From assembly GCF_036971445.1 (NCBI RefSeq), contig NC_091471.1:327422001-327486000 (forward strand): a DNA stretch of 64,000 nucleotides, in the 5' to 3' direction. The stretch is from Narcine bancroftii (taxonomy: Eukaryota). The translations under genes and the position numbers were made by a program. Positions within the stretch are counted from its first letter, which is position 1; each line of letters opens with the position of its first letter. The notes below the pieces were generated by a model. The model was not told where the DNA came from and made no database searches. It saw only the letters and a program-made list of their open reading frames with translations. Below, one piece after another: positions 1-12,100 of the stretch.

Positions 1-450
1 CATTTCCCAAGATGGCAGCATTTTTGGCATGCAAATGGAGGGCCCGCTTTTGCCCGCGATCGATTCTGTGTTGCGCTGGGCCAAGTCTAGAGTCCTGATT
101 AGCTGTATGGCTCACTTTAGTGGCAACTGGTGTTCTTTGAGGAGGCACTGCCGAATGGGCCAGTGGTACAGGAGCCGTTGCACTATCCCCACAATCTTTC
201 CCCAGCACGAGCAGGGCATGAATAAATTCTTCGACCGTCTCATCAGTGTGGTCCTTATGGGAAGCCAGGAGATAATGTGAATAGACGTCATTGAACCTCG
301 GTTTATAGAGGCCCAGAGCTCAGCCAGTGCCTTGGCGGACGTAGCACAGCCAGATTGTCTGCAACATTCGCTGACCGACAGAGACAAGCTGAGGGAATGA
401 TAAGTAGAAGAACCTTGCTGGCCTGGATCCCAGGATATGAATGGCGGTTA
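1..450 (-). mobile_element. Degenerate Ty3/Gypsy-like gag fragment
   Basis: Minus-strand peptides ETVEEFIHALLVLGKDCG and IRQCLLKEHQLPLK*AIQLIRTLDLAQRNTES resemble fish Gypsy gag; broken by a stop and frameshifts. Confidence 0.55.
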
Positions 451-659
451 GGGAAAGGTTGTGCAACTTTTATGGCCCAGAACCATGGGGAAGAAGTCAT
501 AGGGTATGAGTGATCAGTGACTGGGCCAGCTCCAAATATACAACCGACAGTAACTAGATACAATGGAGATCACCACAGCCCCCTTGTGGCCAGGAGGAAA
601 CATCCCACCACCCTCCCCCTGCACCTTGTGGGCTGGAGGGGATTCTCCAACCTCACTGT

Positions 660-948
660 TCAGTGGGGAGATACTCTGACCTCACTGCTGCCCCTTTGCG
701 GCAGGGAGGAGGTACTCCGACCTCACTGCTGCCCTCTGATAACCAGGACAGGGTACTCCACCCTTCCTGTTGCCCCCCTATTGGTGGGAGGAGGTACTCT
801 GACCTCACTGTTGCCCCCTTGTGACCTGGAGGGTAGGTACTCCGACCTCTCCAATGCCCCTTTGTGGAGAGGAGGTACTCCACCCTCACTGTTGCCCCTT
901 GTGGCAGGGAGGAGGTACTCTGACCTCACTGCTCCCCTCTGATAACCA
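660..948. repeat. Diverged ~41-bp tandem repeat (GGAGGAGGTACTCTGACCTCACTGCTGCCCCT...)
   Basis: About 7 imperfect copies running into the assembly gap. Confidence 0.8.
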
Positions 949-1148
949 NNNNNNNNNNNNNNNNNNNNNNNNNNNNNNNNNNNNNNNNNNNNNNNNNNNN
1001 NNNNNNNNNNNNNNNNNNNNNNNNNNNNNNNNNNNNNNNNNNNNNNNNNNNNNNNNNNNNNNNNNNNNNNNNNNNNNNNNNNNNNNNNNNNNNNNNNNNN
1101 NNNNNNNNNNNNNNNNNNNNNNNNNNNNNNNNNNNNNNNNNNNNNNNN
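949..1148. other. Assembly gap (200 N)
   Basis: Run of N. Confidence 1.
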
Positions 1149-4100
1149 TCAGAATGGCTGTGTCCTGATTTTGGAACCTGGGGGATGCAGACACACAGAG
1201 AGGTCACTGTGACTGTATGGCATGGGGTGGATCAGCGTGTACCAGGGGAGTGGGAGGAATGGGGGAAGAGGAGCAAGGCTGCAGTGCTGGAGCAGTGCTC
1301 CTTTATATTCTGGCAGCTTTACAACCCTGGGGCGGGTGGGGTGGGAAAGAGGGAGAGAGGGGGGAGAGAGGACAGGGGTTTTTTCTAGGGGTTCGTTACG
1401 GTTTAAAAGAGGGGTTGCCAGTGAACCGGGGGTACATTGTACATACCCTTTCCCATTCGGTGTTCCCTTGTCACTCTCTCCTGGTCCCTGGGTCATGGCA
1501 GCCCTACCACCCCTCCCCGTCAGGGAAGTGGGGTCTGAGGGAGGAGGTGGATCTCCATCGGGGGGCGAGTGTCTCCAGTCCCCAGCCACGTCACTCACTG
1601 GGGAGGGGCAGGAATCATAATGCTGAGCATTAGTTCGCATGGTCTGGCCCAGATTACTCCCCTCAGTCTGAAACCCTCTCCCCATCTCCCAAAAAACCCT
1701 CCTCCATGAAACCTAAACCTGCTCAAAAACAATTTCCCAGGAGCAAAGTTCCCTCCACACCGTCCCATCACTCACTGCCCATGGGGGTCCAACACAGAGT
1801 GAAGCTCCCTCCGTACTGTCCCATTACTCACTGCCTGTGGGGGTCCGACACAGAGTGAAGTTCCCTCCATACTGTCCCATCACACACTACCCGTGGGGGT
1901 TCAACACAGAGTGAACCTCCCTCTGTACTGTCTCCAAACACAGTGAAACCTTCTTTCCCCTCCCAAGAAATCCAAATATTCTCCAAAGCACCCCCCCACC
2001 CCGTCTCTGAATCCCACCCAAGTTTGCCCAACCACACAGATCCAGCCCCTCTCAGTCCACCTTCCTTCCCCAGAAACACATCCCACCCTCCCCTGAAAAT
2101 CCTGCCCGGCTTCCAAACCTCCTATCCCCAGAACACCCCTCCCCCACCCGTACCCTCACTGTTCCCAGACCCCCAGCCTCTTCTACCTCCACAGATTGTA
2201 GTCACTGCTTGTCCCAAACCTAGGGGTGATCCCAGGAGGGGGGTGAGAGGAGGGGTGGGTATTCTCTCCCTGTTCCTATCCCCATTCCTCACCTTGGTAT
2301 TCCATCAGAACTCCCAGTCTCCCTGAGCAACCTTCGTCCTTTCCGGAACATTCCATCTGAAGGACAGCTGCTCTGGGAAGGCCACGGGGGTCAGAGACGG
2401 TGACACGGGAACCAGTGGGAAGGGTGCCCTGTGATGATGGTCTGCAGAAGAGGGGAGAGACTCAGGGGGAGCAAGGAAACATCACACAGAGCGAGGATCC
2501 CTCCACACTGTCCCGTCACACACTCCCCGGAGGCGGGGTCAGATGCAGAGTGAAGCTCCCTTCACACCGTCCTGTCACACATTCCCCAGGGGGGACAGTC
2601 AGACACAGAGTGAAGCTCCCTCCACACCATCCCGTCACACATTCCCCGGGGGCAGTCAGACCCAGAGTGATTCTCCCTCCGTACTGTCCCGTCACACAGG
2701 GCCAGAAGATGAACAACATGAAGGTCAGAACAATTGATGAGATCTGTTTTATAGAGACAGGAAGGTGTGGAGAATTGCAGAGTAAATTCCGAAGTTCAGG
2801 ACTTTGACTGCAGAAGGTGGGGCAGGCAATGTGGATTTGATGCCATTTCATAGTCAGGGAAGGTCACATGGAAAATTACAGCATAGTACAGGCTATTCAG
2901 CCCACAATTATTGAGCCAACCCATGTACACCTACTAAAAACATACTAACTCCTCCCTACCCCATAACCCTCTATTTTCCTTCCATAGGCTTTTCAAAGAG
3001 TCCCTTAAATATTCCAGCCTCCACCACCACCCCCTGGCAAGGCATTCCAGGCCCCCCACAACTCTGTGTAAAAAGATCCTGCCCTGGGAAACAGGCGCTG
3101 GCTGTCCACCCTGTCTCTCAGAATCTTGTCGACCTCTATCAAGTCTCCTCTCATTCTTCTATGCTCCAAAGAGAAAAGTCCCAGCTCTGCTCATCTTGCC
3201 CCATAAGACTTATTTTCCAGTCCAGGCAACATCCTGGTGAATCTCCTCTGCAGCTTCCACATCCTTCCTGTAATGAGGTGACCAGAACTGAACACAATCC
3301 TCCAAGTGGGGTCTCACCTGAGATTTGTAGAGTTGCAACATGACCTCTTGACTCCTGGACTTCATTAGTCCCCCTGACTAATGAAGCCCAGCATCCCACA
3401 GGCCTTCTTAAAGATCCTATCAACCTGCACGGCAACCTTGAAGGAGAATGGATTTGGACTCCAAGGTCCCTCTGTTCATCCACAGTTAATTAACGGATTA
3501 TTAACCCTGTACTCAGCCTTCTGGTTTGTCCTTCCAAAATGCATCACCTCACACTGATCCATATTGAACTCCATTTGACACTTCTCTGCCCAACTCTGCA
3601 TTGTAATAGGGGACCAGACGGGGTGACAGAGACAGGGAGGGGTGTAGGGACCAGAAGACATTATAGACAGGGAGGAGTGTAGGGGGCTGGAGGGGGTTAC
3701 AAAGACAGGGAGGGGAGAGGTCGGGGACTGGAGGGAGGGGGTTACAGAGACAGAGAGGGGTGTTGAGACCACATGCAGTTACAGAGACAGGGAGGGGTGT
3801 AGGGGACCGGAAAGGTTACAGAGATAGGGAGGGTAGTTGGGACAGGAAGGAGTGCTGGACTTACAGGGAATTAAGAGGATACTGCTCTGCAGATTGTGTC
3901 GAGCAACCCTGGGTTGATGTCTGTCTGAGCTCGTCCCTTTTCAACTGGGATCCTGTAAAGGGGTGGGAGAGAAAGGGGAGAGAGGGAAGAAGGAGGAGGA
4001 AGAGAGATGGAGGGGAATAGAGAAAGGGGGAGAGAGGGAAGGGGAGAGGGAGGGGAATAGAGAAAGGGGAGAGGGAAGGGGAAGGGAGGGAAGGGGAGAG

Positions 4101-4754
4101 AGAAAGGGGAGAAGGGACATTGAGGGGGAAGGAGAAGTAGCAAGAATGGGAACAGGGTAAAAGGCAGGGAAAAAGGGGGGTGAAAAGGGAGATGAAGAAA
4201 CAGCTCAATGTCCTCAGTATCTGATCCCCCTCTGCCACTATCTTCCTCCCCCATCCAACATTCTATTTCTCCCCATTCTCTCCCACCATTACTCTCCCCA
4301 TCTCTTTCCCCCCATCTCCCTATCACTCTGTCCCCCCTCACTCTCTCACCCATCTCTCTCCCTATCACACTCTCTCCCCCAACATTCTCTCCCCCAACAT
4401 TCTCTCCCCCAACATTCTCTCCCCCAACATTCTCTCCCCCAACATTCTCTCCCCCAACATTCTCTCCCCCAACATTCTCTCCCCCAACATTCTCTCCCCC
4501 AACATTCTCTCCCCAACATTCTCTCCCCCAACATTCTCTCCCCCAACATTCTCTCCCCCAACATTCTCTCCCCCAACATTCTCTCCCCCAACATTCTCTC
4601 CCCCAACATTCTCTCCCCACCACACTCTCTCTCTCCCCCATCACTCTCTCTCTTCCTCACCATCCCAGTTCCCAAGTCCTTTCCCTCCTGGGCCAGAGCA
4701 GGGGAAGGGGTTGCGTGCACTGCCGGCGATGCAGAGTTCGAGCAGCGCCCGCAT
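1149..4754 (-). CDS. Uncharacterised multi-exon protein-coding gene, 3' end lost in the gap. Coding exons 4754-4661, 3952-3865, 2441-2293, 1597-1447, 1326-1243, 1177-<1149; upstream exon ends at 4887
   Basis: All junctions are AG/GT and phase-compatible (1,2,1,2,2) with no stop: [42 protein letters not shown]...[17 protein letters not shown]...[40 protein letters not shown]. Starts at a CpG island. No family recognised. Confidence 0.6.
1740..1945. repeat. Dispersed satellite-like repeat (ACACAGAGTGAAGCTCCCTCC...CTGTCCCATCACACACT); also at 2485-2700 and inverted at 44875-44965
   Basis: Recurring unit of about 57 bp. Confidence 0.75.
3000..3600 (-). mobile_element. CR1 LINE 3' fragment
   Basis: Minus-strand [23 protein letters not shown] and ...QRDLGVQIH, typical of the CR1 ORF2 C-terminus. 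Confidence 0.8.
4370..4618. repeat. 15-bp minisatellite (AACATTCTCTCCCCC), about 16 copies
   Basis: Near-perfect direct tandem array. Confidence 0.95.
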
Positions 4755-4889
4755 CGTCTCTGCCGATGGAAAAGTTGAATGGAAGCTGTTTTCTCCCGAA
4801 GAGGGGTATTTTTGGGGGGGGGGGGGGTGGTAGATCATGTGCATTCACCCCGCGGGTTCGGCAGCAGGTCTGAGAGACGGCTTTACCTG

Positions 4890-6190
4890 CTGTGGATGGC
4901 GCTTCGGCCCCAACCTCCCTGCTATCCTACTGCCCGCAGTCCCAGCCATCGCCTGCAAGCGGATTGAGAGGTGGTGTCCGAGGCAGGGGGGCGGAACGCG
5001 ACCGGCCTGTCGATCATTGCGACGTCACGCCCACACCGTCCCTCGCATTGACTGGCGCGCCTGCCAGTCGCCGAAAGGTCGGGCGTTCATTGGCCACCGT
5101 GTTTCGGAAGGTTATTTGGGAGAAAGAGGGGGAAAGGAGGCGGCGGGTCGGAAAGAGTGGGCATCTGCTCCTCATGGAGCTCGGGCTGGGGCCGGGCGGG
5201 AAGCATCTTAATCTCCCTGGCAGGCGAAGTCTTCCCAAGAGGCACCGCGCTGGACAATCAAGATGGCCGCCACTGCGCCTGCGCAGATATGTTTTTTTCC
5301 AGCTTCCCTCAGTCTTGCCGACACATTCTGTCCACAAAACAGCGGTGAAGCGAAGGATAAAAACCTTCCAATCCGCATCCGAGTGCGATTGCAAATAAAG
5401 AAAAGCGTCGCACCGCTTCCCTCCACAGTGAGATGTTCACGCATGCGCAGTCAATGAACGTTCTCGTTTTAATTTGTAATACACAATTAAATTCATACCA
5501 TCACGATGGAGGCTAATAAAGAAAAATAATGAGTTGTTGCATATAAAGTTGGTAAATTATGGTGAGGCGGGAGATTTGGGGCTTATGACATGGCGCGATG
5601 GGTACTGGGAAATATAGTGTCTTCGCTGGTCCCTGGAGCTCATTTGTCATTCGCAATTACTATGACGTAATTATGACGCATGAATTGCCAGCGCATGTGT
5701 GATTCGTACATGCTGGTTCCGCAGCGCCACATGGGAAATGTAGTCCTAAAGTTGGTGCTGCCAAGTCATGGACCGCAGTTTGAACTGGGAGATGTAACCC
5801 TATTTCTAATTTACAGTGCTATATACATAATCACGCAGAGGCTACTGGGAATAGTAGTGTTGAGTTTTGAGCTCCAATTCCCGGGCGTCCCTTGCTGCAG
5901 CTCACGCATGCGTACTGGCATATCTAAACGCCGCTGAGAGGATGGCCGATCCTGCGGGTGATGTACCGCGGCCGCTGTCGGAGGAAGGGAACGCGGAGGC
6001 TCAGCGGGGTCCCGTTTCTTTCGGCTTCGCCCGCACCCTCAGCAGGCCGCGGGCGAGGGAGGCGCAACCGAGCACGGAGGGAGAGGCAGTGAGCGGCCTG
6101 GAGGCCGGCGAGGTGCTGAGGTGGGCTTGCGCGGGCGGGAGGGCCATCGATATGTGACGTCATGGAGGCGTGACGTCATAGGGACGGGGA
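4890..6190. promoter_or_regulatory. Bidirectional CpG-island promoter shared by GPKOW and the unknown minus-strand gene
   Basis: CpG-rich. YY1 motif CAAGATGGC ~5259; NRF1-like GCGCCTGCGC ~5275 and CGCATGCGC ~5440; ZNF143/SBS-like TGGGAAATGTAGT ~5732 and CTGGGAATAGTAGT ~5846; two CRE palindromes TGACGTCA at 6155 and 6171. Confidence 0.8.
5942..6120 (+). CDS. GPKOW: GPKOW exon 1
   Basis: MADPAGD...PVSFGFART; donor AG|gtggg. Confidence 0.85.
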
Positions 6191-9100
6191 CTATACTGAC
6201 ATTGCGTAATTGGTTCCATTACCTCCCTCACCCATTCTCTATCCAACCCCCTCCTCCTCTCCCCCTTCCCTCTCCCCATCTCTCCCCTTCTCTTCTCCCC
6301 CTCCCGACCCCCACCTCTCCTAACCCACACCACCTACCCTTCCCCTAGTGTGAAGCCATGCGATAGACCCCGGCCACTTGTCATCCCCCTCATCCAGAAG
6401 AACAGGTGGCACAGGCCGAAGCCGAGGACAGAGGTATCGTCGGAGGCCAGAAGAGGTGGAGAACAGGAAGATGCGGAGATGCTGTCTCGGGCTGTCCAGG
6501 AGCTCATTGAAGGTGCTTTGGGCATGGGGGAGGCGGGGTGCTGTATCCCCTCGCGTGGGGGATCCCTGAGGGACGTCGTGTACAAGGGTGAATGGTTGGG
6601 AGGGTCTGAGGGACCTCGTGGTACAAGGACAAGCAGTGGGGAATGTTGAGGGACAGAGGAACATCGGGGTATGGGATGAACGATGGGGAGTGTTGAGGGA
6701 CAGAGGGACCTCGGGATATGAGGGTGAATGGTGGGGACCTTGCGATACGAGGTTGAATGGTATGGAGGGACAGAGGGGCTTCAGGGTACAAGGGTGAACA
6801 GTGGGGAGTGTCAAAGGGCAGAGGGGGCTCGGGGTACAAGGGTGAACAGTGGGGATTGTAGAGGGACAGAAGTATGAAGGTGAACGGTGGGGAGTATGTA
6901 GGGACAGGCGGAACTCAGGGTACGAGAGTGAACGTTGGGGAGTTGGGAGTGTCGAGGGGCAGAGGGATCTCGGGGTACGAGGATTGGACCCACTTCCTTG
7001 CTCACTGTGTCTTTGTCCAGCAGAGTCGCAGCGGCAGAGGGAGGATCCTTGGGACCAGACCACCTTCAGCATTCCCCTGCTGATGCAGAACCAGCCCCCC
7101 AGCGGTGTGGAGGATGGAGAAAGGGTCAGCACCAAGCTACGGCCCGACTCGGTGGGTGGGGGCTGGTGGAGAGGGAGGGGACTGTGGGGCGACGGGGGAG
7201 GGGACTGTGGGGCGACGGGGGAGGGGACTGTGGGGCGACGGGGGAGGGGACTGTGGGGCGACGGGGGAGGGGACTGTGGGGCGACGGGGGAGGGGACTGT
7301 GGGGCGACGGGGGAGGGGACTGTGGGGCGACGGGGGAGGGGACTGTGGGGCGACGGGGGAGGGGACTGTGGGGCGACGGGGGAGGGGACTGTGGGGCGAC
7401 GGGGGAGGGGACTGTGGGGCGACGGGGGAGGGGACTGTGGGGCGACGGGGGAGGGGACTGTGGGGCGACGGGGGAGGGGACTGTGGGGCGACGGGGGAGG
7501 GGACTGGGGCGACGGGGGAGGGGACTGTGGGGCGACGGGGGAGGGGACTGTGGGGCGACGGGGGAGGGGACTGTGGGGCGACGGGGGAGGGGACTGTGGG
7601 GCGACGGGGAGGGGACTGTGGGGCGACGGGGAGGGGACTGTGGGGCGACGGGGAGGGGACTGTGGGGCGACGGGGGAGGGGACTGTGGGGCGACGGGGGA
7701 GGGGACTGTGGGGCGACGGGGGAGGGGACTGTGGGGCGACGGGGGAGGGGACTGTGGGGCGACGGGGGAGGGGACTGTGGGGCGACGGGGGAGGGGGACT
7801 GTGGGGCGACGGGGGAGGGGACTGTGGGGCGACGGGGGAGGGGACTGTGGGGCGACGGGGGAGGGGACTGTGGGGCGACGGGGGAGGGGACTGTGGGGCG
7901 ACGGGGGAGGGGACTGTGGGGCGACGGGGGAGGGGACTGTGGGGCGACGGGGGAGGGGACTGTGGGGCGACGGGGGAGGGGACTGTGGGGCGACGGGGGA
8001 GGGGACTGTGGGGCGACGGGGGAGGGGACTGTGGGGCGACGGGGGGAGGGGACTGTGGGGCGACGGGGGGAGGGGACTGTGGGGCGACGGGGGAGGGGAC
8101 TGTGGGGCGACGGGGGAGGGGACTGTGGGGCGACGGGGGAGGGGACTGTGGGGCGACGGCGGAGGGGACTGTGGGGCGACGGGGGAGGGGACTGTGGGGC
8201 GACGGGGGAGGGGACTGTGGGGCGACGGGGGAGGGGACTGTGGGGCGACGGGGGAGGGGACTGTGGGGCGACGGGGGAGGGGACTGTGGGGCGACGGGGG
8301 GAGGGGACTGTGGGGCGACGGGGGGAGGGGACTGTGGGGCGACGGGGGGAGGGGACTGTGGGGCGACGGGGGAGGGGACTGTGGGGCGACGGGGGAGGGG
8401 ACTGTGGGGCGACGGGGGAGGGGACTGTGGGGCGACGGGGGAGGGGACTGTGGGGCGACGGGGGAGGGGACTGTGGGGCGACGGGGGAGGGGACTGTGGG
8501 GCGACGGGGGAGGGGACTGTGGGGCGACGGGGGAGGGGACTGTGGGGCGACGGGGGAGGGGACTGTGGGGCGACGGGGGAGGGGACTGTGGGGCGACGGG
8601 GGGAGGGGACTGTGGGGGCGACGGGGGGAGGGGACTGTGGGGCGACGGGGGAGGGGACTGTGGGGCGACGGGGGAGGGGACTGTGGGGCGACGGGGGAGG
8701 GGACTGTGGGGCGACGGGGGAGGGGACTGTGGGGCGACGGGGGAGGGGACTGTGGGGCGACGGGGGAGGGGACTGTGGGGCGACGGGGGAGGGGACTGTG
8801 GGGCGACGGGGGAGGGGACTGTGGGGCGACGGGGGAGGGGACTGTGGGGCGACGGGGGAGGGGACTGTGGGGCGACGGGGGAGGGGACTGTGGGGCGACG
8901 GGGGAGGGGACTGTGGGGCGACGGGGGGAGGGGACTGTGGGGCGACGGGGGGAGGGGACTGTGGGGCGACGGGGGAGGGGACTGTGGGGCGACGGGGGAG
9001 GGGACTGTGGGGCGACGGGGGAGGGGACTGTGGGGCGACGGGGGAGGGGACTGTGGGGCGACGGGGGAGGGGACTGTGGGGCGACGGGGAGGGGACTGTG

Positions 9101-12100
9101 GGGCGACGGGGGAGGGGACTGTGGGGCGACGGGGGAGGGGACTGTGGGGCGACGGGGGAGGGGACTGTGAGGCGACGGGGGAGGGGACTGTGGGGCGACG
9201 GGGGAGGGCAGCAGGATGGGACAGGACTGACCTCCCACCCCCCCCCCACCACCCAGTCCACAGCCGAGGAGTACGAGGCGGTCCCGGTGCAGGCTTATGG
9301 GATGGCCATGCTACGAGGGATGGGCTGGAAGGAGGGAGAGGGGATTGGCCACACCTTCAAACAGTGAGTGGGGTCTGGCGGGATGTTGGATGGGGGGGAA
9401 GATCTGGTGGAATGGGGGGAAGGTCTGGTGGAATGGGGGGGAATGTCTGGTGGAATGGGGGGGAATGTCTGGTGGAATGGGGGGGATGGTCTGGTGGAAT
9501 GGGGGGGAAGGTCTGGTGGAATGGGGGGGAAGGTCTGGTTGAATGGGGGGAAGGTCTGGTGGAATGGGGGAAGGTCTGGTGGAATGGGGGGAAGGTCTGG
9601 TGGAATGGGGGGAAGGTCTGGTGGAATGGGGGAAGGTCTGGTGGAATGGGGGGAAGGTCTGGTGGAATGGGGGGAAGGTCTGGTGGAATGGGGGGAAGGT
9701 CTGGTGGAATGGGGGGAAGGTCTGGTGGAATGGGGGAAGGTCTGGTGGAATGGGGGAAGGTCTGGTGGAATGGGGGGAAGGTCTGGTGGAATGGGGGGAA
9801 GGTCTGGTGGAATGGGGGGAAGGTCTGGTAGAATGGGGGAAGGTCTGGTGGAATGGGGTGAAGGTCTGGTGGAATGGGGGCAAGGTACTGGTGGAATGGG
9901 GGCAAGGTACTGGTGGAATGGGGGCAAGGTACTGGTGGAATGGGGGCAAGGTACTGGTGGAATGGGGGCAAGGTACTGGTGGAATGGGGGGAAGGTACTG
10001 GTGGAATGGGGGGAAGGTACTGGTGGAATGGGGGGAAGGTACTGGTGGAATAGGGGAAGGTACTGGTGGAATGGGGGGAAGGTACTGGTGGAATGGGGGA
10101 AGGTACTGGTGGAATGGGGGGAAGGTACTGGTGGAATGGGGGGAAGGTACTGGTGGAATGGGGGGAAGGTACTGGTGGAATGGGGGGAAGGTCTGCTGGA
10201 ATGGGGGGAAGGTCTGCTGGAATGGGGGGAAGGTCTGCTGGAATGGGGGTAGATGACTTCATGGGAAGGGCATGCGGGTGGTGGACAAATCTGGGGGCAG
10301 GTCATGTGGGTGATGGACAGATCTGGGCGGGTCATGTGGATGATGGATAGGTGCATGGTCTGGTCATGTGGGTGACAGAGATGTCCGTGGGCGGGTCGTG
10401 AGGGTGGCGGACAGGTCCGTGGGCGAGTTGTGAGGGTGACGGACAGGTCTGTCGGCGGGTGATGAGGGTGACGGACAGGTCAGGGGGCAGGTCATGCGGG
10501 TGTATGGGATACGTCACTGATGCAGATTATTGATTTTCCTGTTCCCTACACCCCCCCACCACCGGAGGGATGTGAAGCCTCGTGAGCATCAACTGAGGCC
10601 AAAGGGACTGGGCCTGGGGGCTGACCGATCGCTGAGCCGGGACTTGGATCCACCCGGTGGAGGCAGGACACCTGGAGCGGGCCGGGGGAAGCAGCAGGAG
10701 GAGGAGGAGCAGGGGCTGTGTCTCGGCGCCACGGTCCGTGTTCGGCAGGGCCCTCACCGTGAGCTGTTGGGGCAGGTAGGTTGGCCTGGGGTTGCCGAGA
10801 CTGCCCCAGTATTAACAGAGACCCCTTCCCCATCCCCTCTGGCCCCCCCCCAGAGACTTTCCCCACACCTTCTGTCTCCTGGAGACCCTCCCCATACCCC
10901 TCAGGATTCCCCCAGAAACCATCCCCACCTCCCCAGGATCCCCCGTCTCCTATACCAATCAATCCCTCATCCTTCAGGACAGTCTCCCTTACTCCAGGAC
11001 CCCGCACTCCATCCCTGCACTGACCCATGCCCTCTGACCACGCCTTGTTCTGCACTCTGAGCTCTTCTTGTGCTGCCCTTTGACACCTGCCCTCTGACCC
11101 CCCCCCCCTGCTCCAGGTGCAGGCTCTCGACCCGGACAATGCCCGCGCTTTGGTGCGCCTGGAACTGGGGGGAGAGGTGGTGACGGTTAGTCAGCACCGG
11201 CTGGACATGGTCCGCAGGGGGGCTGCAGCCTCTTCGTCTGAGGGTCCTGGTGAGTATGGGGGAGGGGAGGGAGCTGGGATATCCCCGGGCGGGAGAGGGG
11301 GCTTCCCCGGGCGGGAGAGGGGGCTTCCCCCGGCGGGAGAGGGGGCTTCCCCCGGCGGGAGAGGGGGCTTCCCCGGGCGGGAGAGGGGGCTTCCCCGGGC
11401 GGGAGAGGGGGCTTCCCCGGGCGGGAGAGGGGGCTTCCCCGGGCGGGAGAGGCGGCTTCCCCGGGCGGGAGAGGCGGCTTCCCCGGGCGGGAGAGGCGGC
11501 TTCCCCGGGCGGGAGAGGCGGCTTCCCCGGGCGGGAGAGGCGGCTTCCCCGGGCGGGAGAGGCGGCTTCCCCGGGCGGGAGAGGCGGCTTCCCCGGGCGG
11601 GAGAGGCGGCTTCCCCGGGCGGGAGAGGCGGCTTCCCCGGGCGGGAGAGGCGGCTTCCCCGGGCGGGAGAGGCGGCTTCCCCGGGCGGGAGAGGCGGCTT
11701 CCCCGGGCGGGAGAGGCGGCTTCCCCGGGCGGGAGAGGCGGCTTCCCCGGGCGGGAGAGGCGGCTTCCCCGGGCGGGAGAGGCGGCTTCCCCGGGCGGGA
11801 GAGGCGGCTTCCCCGGGCGGGAGAGGCGGCTTCCCCGGGCGGGAGAGGCGGCTTCCCCGGGCGGGAGAGGCGGCTTCCCCGGGCGGGAGAGGCGGCTTCC
11901 CCGGGCGGGAGAGGCGGCTTCCCCGGGCGGGAGAGGCGGCTTCCCCGGGCGGGAGAGGCGGCTTCCCCGGGCGGGAGAGGCGGCTTCCCCGGGCGGGAGA
12001 GGCGGCTTCCCCGGGCGGGAGAGGCGGCTTCCCCGGGCGGGAGAGGCGGCTTCCCCGGGCGGGAGAGGCGGCTTCCCCGGGCGGGAGAGGCGGCTTCCCC

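Noticed and set aside
3861-4873. P/S- or G/E-rich ORFs of 120-260 aa
   Set aside because: They come from purine/pyrimidine tracts and the 15-bp minisatellite.
6320-9831. ORFs of 700-970 aa on both strands
   Set aside because: They are translations of the stop-free 23-bp intronic minisatellite. Only the short GPKOW exons inside them are coding.
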